Counted from the whole stretch's first letter, positions 10,493 through 21,649 are shown. The stretch is 63,989 nucleotides of DNA, filler included, from Pelomyxa schiedti (GCA_020536535.1; 7 parts of 7 records of this genome joined end to end with filler, not necessarily neighbours in it), one strand, 5' to 3'. Notes: generated by a model from the sequence alone, not told the origin. Translations and numbers: made by a program.

Positions 10493-11306
10493 TCAGAACG
10501 CCCTCCCACAATCCACTGAAGTTTCACTGGATTTGATGATTGGTGCTGGGAGCACCCAGTTCCCGAACAAAAAAAAAATTCTTTTTCTCACACGTGGTTG
10601 CGGTGTAGTGACAGCAACCAAACAAACACTCTCAAGGACATAGTCACCATGCTGACCTATCTCCTGCTGTGAAACAACCACTGGGGAAAAAGTTGATACC
10701 TGCGTTTTGCCCTTTGGGAAAAGTGAGAACTGCATTGAACTTGTGAACTCAAAAAAAAAGCTCACCTCTGCTACGCACGTAGAACAGTCTCCAGATCCCA
10801 GTTCAAGGTAACACTTGTAAGTAGTGGACGAAAGTTGAGCTGTCAAAGTTCCAGCCGGTGCAGTGAATTTGTAGAAGTCACCTATATACAATAAAAGACA
10901 GTGCCTCAGCACTGGCTTACAGATAGCTACAAAGCACTCTTTTTGTACAAACCATTAAAAGGTTGATCCGAATAACAGGGGGTTGTTGGGTCAGTGGGTG
11001 CCATGGTGCCTGAGCCATGGTATGGAAGAGTTACCGTGGTGAACTTTGAACAGAGTTCCCCTACAAAACGAAATTAACTTTAAGTCAATTTTCCACAGTG
11101 GACGTTGAGTGGCACTGACCAACAACACCCACCCACGCCATTGATTTTTCAAACTGCTCAATGGCCTCAGTATACTTACCCAGGCTGCACAATGCTTTTC
11201 CGAGGTTGTTCAGAGTCTGATTATTGTTGTCAGAGTTGGGAAAGGCTCCAAATTTACCCACACCTGAGGAAAGTTTGGGTCTGATGTTGCATAATCGCCA
11301 CGCCAC
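10493..11306 (-). pseudogene. Surface protein copy 4: TPR-like 5' exon in place of the signal peptide, internal deletion, no stalk
   Basis: Exons ELCSKFTTVTLPYHGSG...TPCYSDQPFNG|DFYKFTAPAGTLTA...CSTCVAE|GKTQV...; upstream ORF LNNLGKALCSLGKYTEAIEQFEKS has a phase-1 G|GTCAGT donor (intron 11061-11119). Confidence 0.6.
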
Positions 11307-11472
11307 AAGGCTTGAGGCCTTTAGGCCAGAGCGAGAGGTTGAACTAATAAAATGACGAAGATTATTTCGGTAACGATGATCATCAATTGATTATTTTATT
11401 CACCCACGTGACACGACATTCAACGACGCCGAAAAACGTCACACACCGACCATACCAAATGTATTCACAATT

Positions 11473-12647
11473 TTAATACAAATCATTCAGCTCCATTGAA
11501 TCGGGAAGTGAGTTGCTGTTCTTCCTGGCTCTGCACCACATGTGTGTGATGTACGCACCAAACGCACATCCTCCAAACACAACAACAACCCCTAACGAAA
11601 GCACCACCCACCACCCTCCTGGAATGCTCTTGCTGCTGCCACTGCCACTGGTGCTAATGACAGAACTGCTCCGAATCACTGACGAAGAAGTAGAGGATGA
11701 TGATGATGGCTGTGACACATCAGTGGATGATGTGGATATTGAAGAGGAACTGGAAAGGAGGTGTGACTGCGATTCTGAGCGTGACTGTGAAGTTGAATCA
11801 GAGTCGGACATTGATGCTGACTGAGAATTGGAAAGTGAGTGAGATTGCGACTCTGATTCTGAAACAGATTCTGAGAGTGATAGAGATTGTGAAAGTGACC
11901 CAGAAGATGATTGGGATGATGACAAAGAAATAGAATGTGACGATGACTGAGAAGACAGTGACTTAGAACTCGATGATGACTGAGAAGACAGTGACCGAGA
12001 AATCGATGACGACCGAGAAAGAGATGATGACTGAGAAAGAGATGACGACCGAGAAATCGATGACGACCGAGAAAGAGATGACGACTGAGAAAGAGATGAC
12101 GACAAAGATATGGAATTGGAGGAAGATGACTGGGAACTCGATGATGACTGTGAAGAGGATGATAGGGAAGATGACAGTGATTCTGATAATGATGACACAT
12201 GGATATCAAGTACATAATCGCCATAGGAACTCTTCGAGTTCTGGGAAACAACCACCATGTACTCTCCACTGCTGGAAACAGCAAGTTCTAGTACTTTCTG
12301 ACCCTTTGGGGAAAGTGTGAATTGCATCGCTTGTACACAAAACACTCACCTGTAAAAGACATGATGAACAGTCGCCAGTTGCCAGTTCCATGTACCAGTT
12401 GTAATTAGTGGACGAAAGTTCAACTGTCAACGTTCCCTCAGCAGGTGCCGTGAATTTGTAGAAGTCACCTAGATACAGGAAAACATCAGCCCGGTTTCAA
12501 TAGGAATGCGTCATACAAACCAGCATAAGTATCACCCTTCGCGCATGGAGTGACTTTTGGGTCCGAAGTTGTCAAGGAGCCTGAGACATGGTATGGAAGA
12601 GTGACTGTGGTTGAGACTGAGCATAGTGTCCCTACAAAAAAAAAAAA
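11473..12647 (-). CDS. Surface protein copy 5: PPC-like domain, Ser stalk and TM; 5' exon cut off by scaffold end
   Basis: TLCSVSTTVTLPYHVSG...TPCAKGDTYAG|DFYKFTAPAEGTLT...CSSCLLQ|GQKVLELAVSSSGEYMVV..., then stalk and GGWWVVLSLGVVVVFGGCAFGAYI. Confidence 0.8.
11965..12105. repeat. Imperfect 18-nt tandem repeat encoding the Ser stalk (SSSLSQ/SSSISR)
   Basis: Units such as gatgacgaccgagaaaga / gatgatgactgagaaaga / gatgacgaccgagaaatc repeat in series. Confidence 0.75.
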
Positions 12648-12747
12648 NNNNNNNNNNNNNNNNNNNNNNNNNNNNNNNNNNNNNNNNNNNNTTAATTAAT
12701 TAANNNNNNNNNNNNNNNNNNNNNNNNNNNNNNNNNNNNNNNNNNNN
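12648..12747. other. Artificial scaffold linker (N44-TTAATTAATTAA-N44); the same linker occurs at 21938-22037, 28696-28795, 39096-39195, 58175-58274 and 62073-62172
   Basis: Identical six-frame-stop 12-mer centred in 100 nt at six sites. Confidence 0.97.
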
Positions 12748-12962
12748 ACATGCCATGACAGCCTGTTCACCATTGTAAATCCCCCTCTCCCTTTTCATCG
12801 CACCCCCACTCAAACATAATTATCCCATACTGACACCACTCAGGTACCCCAAGTGAGTGCGCCAGCGAGGCGGCCAACTGCACAGCAAACCACAGATTAG
12901 GACTCGAGTTGCGACAACCTACTAAAAGGCAAAATGACAAATAAAGCACAACTCAAACACAG

Positions 12963-13660
12963 ATTGTGAGTGGTTTGAGGCACCCCAACATTGTGAAATG
13001 CCTTGGGATATGCACAACTGCAGCTGGGAAACTATTTATTGTGTCTGAGCTCATGCATTGCAGTCTCAGGCTGCCTTCTCTCCAAGGTTTTCTTTTTTTT
13101 TTTATAAGCTGGACTTTACTAATGCAAAACCGAAACGACTTAATTTCCAAGAAAATGCCGGGATTGCACCTGGTATTTCCAGGGGAATGGACAACCTTCA
13201 CGGGTATTCTTAAAGTCATATATCTCCACTCCTAACATAAAACAGACAAAATTACATGCACCGCGATCTTGCCAGCAATAATATCCTTTTGGATGCAAAT
13301 ATGTTATTTTGGTGTGTGTTTCTTCACTGTTCATAGTATAGGAAAAGGTGTGTCCCGAGTAATGAATTCTAAAGGCGTGAAATATCTGTAGTTTACATGT
13401 CTCCTCAGATGAGGACCGGCAATTACATTAATCCTCCGTTCCTCACCATTTAATCCGTTAAGGAAGTGGTTCAGCTTTGCCTGGAAGCCACTGAACCTGC
13501 CATTGTTGAATGTCTTGGCCAGAGGGATGCGTTCCTCCAAACAGTGAATCGTTAACGCACCTGACTCTCCCTTGTTTCTTGGTACCCTCTCAATTCGGAA
13601 TGTGTTTTACACCCACCCTAAACCACCACTTTCAAACAGTGACTGAACAACTCTCCACAG
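12963..13660 (+). pseudogene. Degenerate TKL-type protein kinase
   Basis: SGLRHPNIVKCLGIC...LFIVSELM; GISRGMDNLHG; YMHRDLASNNILLD; VYMSPQ; DFG not found, and frames/splice sites are broken. Confidence 0.65.
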
Positions 13661-13733
13661 TCGTGTACTTGTTATGTATTCCCCATCAACACAGAACAAA
13701 AAAGCACTGCTTTCAGAGGTTTTTCTTTGTTGT

Positions 13734-16339
13734 CTACAACAACAAATTGATTTTGTCCTTGATAAGTGCACGACAATCAGGGCATTTCTTCATGAATGTG
13801 GCACACTGTTTGTTTTTTGTTTTGGTGTCAGTTGGGATGTTAAGAAAAGAGAAGAGAATAACAAACAACACAGACCTGAGAGCACACTACAACGTGACTA
13901 CAAGGCTGAAACTGAACGTTTGGTGGCCTCTCATCACATTCCATGCAGACGTTGTGGTTGTTGTTCACCACAACTGAGGAAACAGATGTTTGTGTCACTG
14001 CAGTGACCGTGGCTGTGCATCCTGGAAGAGTGGCAGTGCGGCTTGTTGCTGCGTCTCTCTTGTGCCTTGAAACCATCAGATCAAGCATGGCTTGTTGAGC
14101 CTGAGGGAGCAACTCGGAGAGCATTGACCACACACCAGGCATCCCAATGAACTTCTCGTCACCCTCCAGCCCTTGCTGAAGCTTCCACTTGCCCTTGAAT
14201 TCCCTCTGAAGCTCTGAACATTCTCTCTGTGTTTCCTTGATAGCCTTGTGGAGTGTGCCTGCGATTGAAACCTGCTCAGAGAGCTCCTTTGACAGCACTG
14301 TGTGTTTGTCAGCAAGCTTTGTGCACTCCTCAAACTGGCACCTTTGGAGCTGTGCCAGAGTGTCTGAGAGAGCGCACAGCAACTGGAATGGTGGTGTGAA
14401 TTGGTCACATGGAAGCTGAAGTCCATTCACAGTCAGAGGTTTCATCAGAATGCCATCCACAGTTTCATCACTCCCTGTGTTTTGTTTTTGTTTTATTTGT
14501 CAAATGAAAGAGACACCGTGAACGATTTTTTACCTTCTTGTGATGGAACAGTGAGGCTGTTCTCTAATGTGGATACTGTGGAGGACTTGATTGCCAAAAT
14601 CTTTTTCGTCAACGTTGAGATGTTCCTGGCACACTCCTGAATCTCAGCCTCACTGTTCTGCACTGTCAGTGTCTGCCCAAGGAGGTGCCTGCATGCGTGA
14701 TCTGATTTGATAAGTTTCATTGTTAGTGTGGCCTTCAGATCAGTGAGTTCTTTCAGCCTTGATGCCAGTGCCTCGTTGCTTTCTGTGGCTGGTTCTTTGC
14801 CAGTGATTCTTCAAGCAACACGATCTCAGATGCTGCCTTTTGCAACTGGGATTGGAAGAGTGTGGCCAATGTGAAAGTTTCCTTCAGTTCAGGGTGTGCC
14901 TTCCCCGCAATCATTTTTGCTGTTGTTGTTTCTTCATCTTCTTGTTTTTTTTGAAGTTTGTCTTGCAATTGTTGGAGCTTTAGGTTCACCTCTTTGAGGT
15001 GCTCTTCATGCTGTTTGTCGTTTTTTTCTGTGATCTTCTGTTGCAAAGAATAAGACATGAAAATTGATGGCAACGTCAGACTGACTCACCTGCCACTCTG
15101 TTTCAGCTGCTCTCATTTCTTGTTCCATTTTTGCCTTCAGCTCACTCTTTTCTTTGATGTGTTCCTGCTTCAGTTTCTGGTTGTTTTGTTTTGTTGGCAA
15201 GACAAAAGTAAGAAAGAAAAAAGTAGTAAGAAAGAAAGAAAGAAAACAAAACACACCTCCATCTGTTGAAGGAGTTGAAACTGTGATGATCCCATTTGAT
15301 GTTGCACCTCTGAATTCCAACTTTGAAAGATGTTGTTGTTGAGGGTGCCCTTCACAAGAATGGATGATGACAGTGTTGCGACACCCTCACCACAGCACTC
15401 CCATCCACTCCCATCACCACATCTTGTGAAGGTGCCTTCAAACGTGTCACCGTTTGGCCACCTCCTCATCCCCTCTTGTGGCACACCACACACCCACAAT
15501 CCAGTGAATGATGAGCCATCCCTTGACCACGTCTTCGTTCCTTCACCATACTCCTTGCCACCAACCCACTGGCCATCATACCTGTCACCGTTTGCCCACA
15601 GCCTCATGCCCTGACCATCGAACACGTCGTTCTCCCACTCACCAACATAACTCCCTCCTGCTTGTTCTCCTCCAAACAGGATCCTCCCTGTTCCACATTT
15701 CTTGCCGTGATTGAACTGACCGTGGTACATGTCACCCGAGCCATCAGGCGACCTCCACGTTCCCCACCCGTGCCACTTGTGCTTGTCCCACCCACCCTCG
15801 TACACAGTGGCCCCGCTGTTGTTGCCGGTTCCTGTGGTGTTGGCGGTCTTCCTCCTCCGTTGCACACCCCAGCCCTGCATCTCACACAGCTTTGTTGCCG
15901 CGTTCCAGGCCCACTCGCCATCCCACACGTCCACGCCGTTGCTGTGGTGGGATGTTCCTCTTTTCCATTGGCCGTCCCTGCACAGCCCCTCGTACCGCCA
16001 TCCGTCGGCGTAGTGGAACACACCCCACCCATCCATACTGCCCTCGTGCCGCTCGCCCCTGTGGGTGTTGCCATTGGCCCACTTGGTCACGCCGCGGCCG
16101 TGCTGCCGCCCGTCCTTCCACTCACCCTCATACGTGTCGCCGTTTGTCCATTTGCACGCTCCCCTGCCGTCTCGTGTGCCGTTAACCAGACGGCCAGTGT
16201 ACGCACCTCCACCAGGCTTCGTGGTGTCGTCGACAACCACACTCACCACCCCTTCTTTTGCCATTAATTCCCAGAAAGATGCATCTTGATTGTTGATCAT
16301 ACTAACGGTGAAGTGGGTGTGAATGAGGTTGGTGTCCAT
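13734..16339 (-). CDS. MORN-repeat, coiled-coil, C-terminal RING (C3HC4-type) putative E3 ligase, multi-exon
   Basis: Many MORN repeats (YEGEWKDGRQHGRGVTKWANG), coiled-coil exons, then CMECDERPPNVQFQPCSHVVVCSQ|CATFMKKCPDCRALIKDKINLLL*. Confidence 0.85.
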
Positions 16340-16599
16340 TGTCCCTTCATGAATAATTAAAAGAATGGGAAAATGGTCAACACAATGAGTTGGGGAACAA
16401 CTTTAACAGCACCTACAGTACTTCTCTTTACATCACTGTTCCTGATTTGGGACTTTGTTGTCTGGGCAGTGACACTTGTGTCTTTGATTGCCACCAACCG
16501 TCAAGAAAAATCGATGACTGCAATGAGGCCATCAGTGAATTTTGCAACAGGACCATGGTGGTGCCAGTGTTTAGGCTCCTTGTTATTACTACTAAGTAA

Positions 16600-16705
16600 T
16601 TTTGTTTACAAATTGATTTTTCCTTGATGATTGCACAACAATAAGGGCATTTCTTCATGAATGTGGCACACTGTTTGTTTGTGTGCGGCTTGTTGCTGCT
16701 TGAGC
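16600..16705 (-). pseudogene. Orphan copy of the RING terminal exon of the MORN-RING gene
   Basis: caaacag|TGTGCCACATTCATGAAGAAATGCCCTTATTGTTGTGCAATCATCAAGGAAAAATCAAT is near-identical to 13734-13810; preceded by gcagcaacaagccgcac, also found at ~14036-14052. Confidence 0.75.
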
Positions 16706-17902
16706 ACTCCAGGGCAATGGCAATGGGAAAGGGGGTGAGCTGGGGCGTGTGTTGTGGAGGATCTCTTCAATGTGAGTAGCACCAAGAGGATCCCAGGTTG
16801 CAGTAACTATCGCCAACTGTGCACCACTAATGAGATCCTTGATCTGAAATGACACAGTCCCCTCTATGGAGCCACTGCAGGGTGTAGAATAAACTCCTGT
16901 GCCTTCAGGTGACAGAAGATCTACTGTCGTATCTTGAATGCAGTTGCAGGGAGTATCCAAGTCAGAAGCACAAAACACCTGTTGGTTGATTCCCAGTTTG
17001 GTTGGAGTTTCGTTGTTAAGGGTGGCAACCAGGTGTGAGGGCTTGTGTGTGACCAGTCTTGTGTATTCTGAAGAAAAGATCTTCACCCTTTGAGATACAG
17101 TGTTGTACACCTTGAAGCCCTTCTGAAATGAATGTATTGTTATCATTTCCTCAGCAGATACCCACAGCATGTCAATTGGAGAGGCGTAAGGCAGGGCAAC
17201 CCTTTTTGCAATCACAACGGCGTCGCTTTCCATACTATGAGGCAGGTCAACAAACAATACGTAGTTCCCCTGGAGCAGCTCCATTATCATCACTGCCAAC
17301 ACATCTCCCTCGCCAGGTGGAAACCCACTTTCAATGAGATACAGGTCCCCCAGGTTTATGTCAAACCCAGGATTCTTGGGTTCACCATTCTCAATTTTCC
17401 ACAGGGTAAGAATGTTGAACGAGCCATGCGCCAGCCACTTGGCGTTGCAATACCATTCAGTGCCGTAAATCCCTGATTGTAGGATACTGACAAACCGACC
17501 TTTGTTGTTCATTACACATTCTTTGTTTTTCAGAGCCACAACAAAGTTGCTGCTCCCTGGAATTCCGCACTGTATTCCCTTCAACATTGGGGGGATCCAG
17601 CACGCGCAGCTCACAACTCCAAGCGTGGGTGACAGCTCCAAGGACACGCAACACCTCACATTCCGAGTTGTATCTCCATTGCCAACACTCTTGTCAACCA
17701 GGTCAAGAACGTGCCTTGTGGGACCCACCACCCACCTCCTTCCAAGCATCTCCAGAACGTGGAAAGATCCCCTCAGCAGTTGCACGGCACAGCCTGGGCC
17801 ACATCGGCGGTCAAAAAAGATCCCACATGCCAAGGCAACGAACTGAGCGCGAGCGTCGGTCACGGGTCGGAGGCTCGGCGTCGGGAGCCACTGGTCTGAC
17901 AT
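16655..17902 (-). CDS. 'SPTLG/CNxKW' family protein (415 aa)
   Basis: Intronless ORF with ARAQFVAL...RRCG, LELSPTLGVV, CNAKWLAH, VDLPHSMESDAVVI and IKDLISG. Confidence 0.8.
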   Translation of the reverse strand: MSDQWLPTPSLRPVTDARAQFVALACGIFFDRRCGPGCAVQLLRGSFHVLEMLGRRWVVGPTRHVLDLVDKSVGNGDTTRNVRCCVSLELSPTLGVVSCACWIPPMLKGIQCGIPGSSNFVVALKNKECVMNNKGRFVSILQSGIYGTEWYCNAKWLAHGSFNILTLWKIENGEPKNPGFDINLGDLYLIESGFPPGEGDVLAVMIMELLQGNYVLFVDLPHSMESDAVVIAKRVALPYASPIDMLWVSAEEMITIHSFQKGFKVYNTVSQRVKIFSSEYTRLVTHKPSHLVATLNNETPTKLGINQQVFCASDLDTPCNCIQDTTVDLLSPEGTGVYSTPCSGSIEGTVSFQIKDLISGAQLAIVTATWDPLGATHIEEILHNTRPSSPPFPLPLPWSAQAATSRTQTNSVPHS

Positions 17903-18196
17903 GTTGGTCTCCGGACCGTCGGCACTGTTGATTATTTTTCGGCGTATTTAACCACGAAAAAGCGATCTTCGGAACGCGCCCTGCAGCGCTTGTCGTCCCT
18001 GTACAGCCCCTACGAGGTCCCATCGGGGAAGTTGGACAGGCCCCAACCGTCGGAGCAGCGCCACTCCCATGAGAAGGGTCAATGCGACACATTGTTGATT
18101 CTCAATGACTCGGGGCGGAACGTAAGTGTGTCTGTCCCACGTTGTGTGTGTGTGGCACCACCTCGTGTGCAGCATCATCAGGTGGATGATACACGT
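17309..18196. repeat. Segmental duplication, second copy at 21056-21937
   Basis: Near-identical over ~880 bp, covering the 5' ~200 codons and ~290 bp upstream, with scattered substitutions and a small indel. Confidence 0.92.
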
Positions 18197-18759
18197 GGGG
18201 GGTGGGGTGGGGGTGGGGGGGAAAAAAAAAACTGGCTGTACCATTCAAATGAATCGAAGACGAGGCGATGAGGAAGGGAAACACAAGCGGATGAACGAAG
18301 TGCACTGCCCAAGCGGAGAACAAGCCCCCCATGGTTGGATTTATTCGCGTCACCCTGGTAGAGGCCCCACTCCAGGAGTTTGTGTGAAGAGCTGCAGAAC
18401 GTTTTGGCCCCCCTCCCGCCACTGCCCCCCCATGCGTCTTTTTCTTTTTTTTTTTATCAGTGCTTTGTTGGGTTTATTTTAGCACATCATTTGAGTATAA
18501 TTCCTTCTGGGACGGGACCCTAAACATGCACCCGCCAGACCGGTGTCCGCAATAATGGGAAAAGTTTAAAAATAGATTTCGAATATTTTGATAAAAACGA
18601 TGTCGACGGTTGGTTGCGTGCGAGGGCCTCCTCGTCCCCGCCGCTTTTTGTTGTTGTGGTGACAGTTGTGCACTATTGCTTGCTTGGCATTTGTGATCAA
18701 TTATGGGAACAACTGCTTGTGACACAACAAGCCAACAAACAAAAGGAAAAACACAGTTG

Positions 18760-20679
18760 TCACTTTTTATTGGGGTGCTTCCTCTTAACACCATGTTGTA
18801 GTGGTTGAGCAGCAACAGCAACAATGCCTTCAGTGTAGGTTGTGAGTCTGTATGATGCCTCCGCTTGGAGCGGTACAGAAGATGAGAAAGAGGAAGCCAT
18901 CCTGTACCACCTCACAGCCTCCCTCACATCCTTGGTGACACCCTTGAAGCCGTACTCGTACACCTCACCAAGCCCAATCCAGGTCTCTGGAATCTCGGAA
19001 TCAGTGGATTCACGAAGGAGCTGCATGGCTTCACGTGAGGTTCCTGGTGCCAGTCCATGCCAAATGAGCTTGCACAGCAACCAAGCAGCCTGCGGGCAAG
19101 GGGCATTCTCCTGATGGGCAAGTTGGATTGCCTGGCGGTAATGTTGCCCAGCTGTTATGGTATCCTTGGGTGTAACCTTGGTGCCATCCTCGTACATCAT
19201 TCCAAGGCATAGGTGCGCTTCCACAACCTCACCACAGGCAGCCTGTTGCAGCAACCTGAGCGCTTTTGCTTCGTCTTTCTTGACTGCTGTTCCCGTCAGA
19301 TAGCAGTGTCCCAATTTGAACTGAGCTTGATGGTTGCCTGCCTTGGAAGCCATTGACAAGTACAAAATAGCCTTTTTGGAGTCCTGCTTGACCACCAAAC
19401 ATCCTCTTTTCCCTTCCATGAAAAGAGTGCCCATCAGAGTTTGTGCTTTGGTGTTACCTTGGACAGCAGAGAGCTTCAACAAACGCAGTGCCTCTTCTTG
19501 GTTGTTTGTATCCAGCCCCCAGTCTCTTGAGCTAACAGGAGAACCAAGGATAACTGACATCGCATACTGCGCCTCAGGCAGGCCTCTGTCACATGCAAGC
19601 TTCAGCCACTTCATTTTATCCTCCTTCCTCAAAGAGTTTTCAAACATCGCAAACTGGCACAGTGGTTCTCCTTTTTCAGCACCCATTTGCAAAAGCCTGA
19701 GACCCTCTTCGCAGTTCAGAGGCACATCAGACAAGCCAGTTGTTTCATCAACTGTCATGTGGCCCAATCCCAGCAAGGTGAGGGCAGCACAACATCCCTG
19801 CGAGGCGGACTTATGAAGATACTCAATGTAGCCAAGGCCGTGCATGATGTAGAGCCAGACTTGGGCAAGTGGGTGACCTCTGTCAGCTGCGATCTTGATG
19901 TGCTCAAGGCTCTTTGCGTTGTCAGTGAGCAGCTGCGGTCCATACGCCTTTGAGAGTGCAAAACCAAGCAAGAAGTGTGCCACTGTGTTCAACTTCCATT
20001 TGCTGGAGTCTCTTTGTTCTTCTGGTTTTATGTGTTTTTTTTTTTGTGTTATTCACCAAGTAATCAATGTAGTTATTCAGAATAAAAAAGCAAACAAACT
20101 TGCAGTCGCAGTAACAACGGAATCAAGGAAGTCAACCATCCATTGTTGCACCTGTTTGTTCCCCGACACACCAAACTGATCAGACACCGCAAAGTCCAGC
20201 GGCCACAAAGGCTCCAGCAGCCCGGCCTCGTCCGTGACCAGGAACGTCCACACCAGGCTGGCCAGCGCCGCCGCGTCGCTCTCGGGCCTGCTCTCGCCCG
20301 CGCGGCTCGCCGGCACCACCTGGCGGCGGTACACCTCCCTCTGCTGCTCAGCGGCGCCCAGCTGCGACCACTTGCCGCGCAGGTGCCTGTGCTCGCCGCA
20401 GCGCGCCCCGCCGAGCACCAGCTGCAGCGACAGAAGGTAGGCCCCGTGGGTGTCGCCGTCGGCCCAGCTGCTGAGGCACTCGGTGGCCATTTGCGCGACC
20501 GACGCGACGCAGCAGGGTGGCAGCGGCGGCGGTGGCGGCTGAGACGGCGGGGACGACGGTGGCGATGATGATGACCTTGGTCTTTTTGTGGTGTCTTGAC
20601 GCTCGCCTCCCTTTGGTTGTTTCTGTTGTTGTTGCTTCGGTTGTTTCTTTGTGCCTCGGTTACCAGTGTTGTTGGGCAT
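18760..20679 (-). CDS. Sel1-like repeat protein with low-complexity K/Q/P-rich N-terminus (at least 2 exons)
   Basis: Repeated Sel1 units (AQFKLGHCYLTGTAVKKDEAKALRLLQQAA; GEVYEYGFKGVTKDVREAVRWYRMA); upstream exon starting at 20679 joined across an intron at ~20020-20100; 3' end uncertain. Confidence 0.8.
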
Positions 20680-20818
20680 TTTTTTTTCCTTGTGATTCAA
20701 CAAGGGCTACTTGGTGTCATTCGTCTCAGGCTTCATCATCTTCATCGAGGAATTTATTTCCTTTAAATTCTGTAAGGACGCAAGGAAAATGATGAACACC
20801 CAAGTAAGTGTGACAGAG

Positions 20819-21649
20819 TCAGTTATCGTATGTGACTCCAACTTTGGCAACATTGAAAGACATGGACATGACTTGGGAGCCAGAAGCAGCGTCCATAACC
20901 TGGAGTCTGTTCCCTGTGGTGACAATCAGTAACCCGCCACCACATAAAAAGCTGCNNNNNNNNNNNNNNNNNNNNNNNNNNNNNNNNNNNNNNNNNNNNN
21001 NNNNNNNNNNNNNNNNNNNNNNNNNNNNNNNNNNNNNNNNNNNNNNNNNNNNNNNCTCGCCAGGTGGAAACCCACTTTCAATGAGATACAGGTCCCCCAG
21101 GTTTATGTCAAACCCAGGATTCTTGGGTTCACCATTCTCAATTTTCCACAGGGTAAGAATGTTGAACGAGCCATGCACCAGCCACTTGGAGTTGCAATAC
21201 CATTCAGTGCCGTAAATCCCTGGTTGTAGGATACTGACAAACCGACCTTTGTTGTTCATTACACATTCTTTGTTTTTCAGAGCCACAACAAAGTTGCTGC
21301 TCCCTGGAATTCCACACTGTATTCCCTTCAACATTGGGGGGATCCAGCACGCGTAGCTCACAACTCCAAGCGTGGGTGACAGCTCCAAGGACACGCAACA
21401 CCTCACATTCCGAGTTGTATCTCCATTGCCAACACTCTTGTCAACCAGGTCAAGAACGTGCCTTGTGGGACATACCACCCACCTCCTTCCAAGCATCTCC
21501 ATAACGTGGACAGATCCCCTCAGCAGTTGCACGGCACAGCCTGGGCCACATCGGCGGTCAAAAAAGATGCCACATGCCAAGGCAACGAACTGAGCGCGAG
21601 CGTCGGTCACGGGTCGGAGGCTCGGCGTCGGGAGCCACTGGTCTGACAT
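20819..21649 (-). CDS. 'SPTLG/CNxKW' family protein, recent paralog of 16655..17902, interrupted by an assembly gap
   Basis: First ~198 aa nearly identical to the 17902 gene; C-terminus after the N-gap (LQVMDAASG) fits the family motif. Confidence 0.7.
   Translation of the reverse strand: MSDQWLPTPSLRPVTDARAQFVALACGIFFDRRCGPGCAVQLLRGSVHVMEMLGRRWVVCPTRHVLDLVDKSVGNGDTTRNVRCCVSLELSPTLGVVSYACWIPPMLKGIQCGIPGSSNFVVALKNKECVMNNKGRFVSILQPGIYGTEWYCNSKWLVHGSFNILTLWKIENGEPKNPGFDINLGDLYLIESGFPPGEXXXXXXXXXXXXXXXXXXXXXXXXXXXXXXXXXXSFLCGGGLLIVTTGNRLQVMDAASGSQVMSMSFNVAKVGVTYDN

Noticed and set aside
11960-12110. CRISPR-like periodicity
   Set aside because: No unique spacers or cas genes; the units are coding repeats in a eukaryotic exon.
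12692-12703. TTAATTAATTAA palindrome recurring six times, as a possible biological motif
   Set aside because: Always centred in a 100-nt N block; it is a synthetic six-frame-stop linker. Synteny across these points is meaningless.
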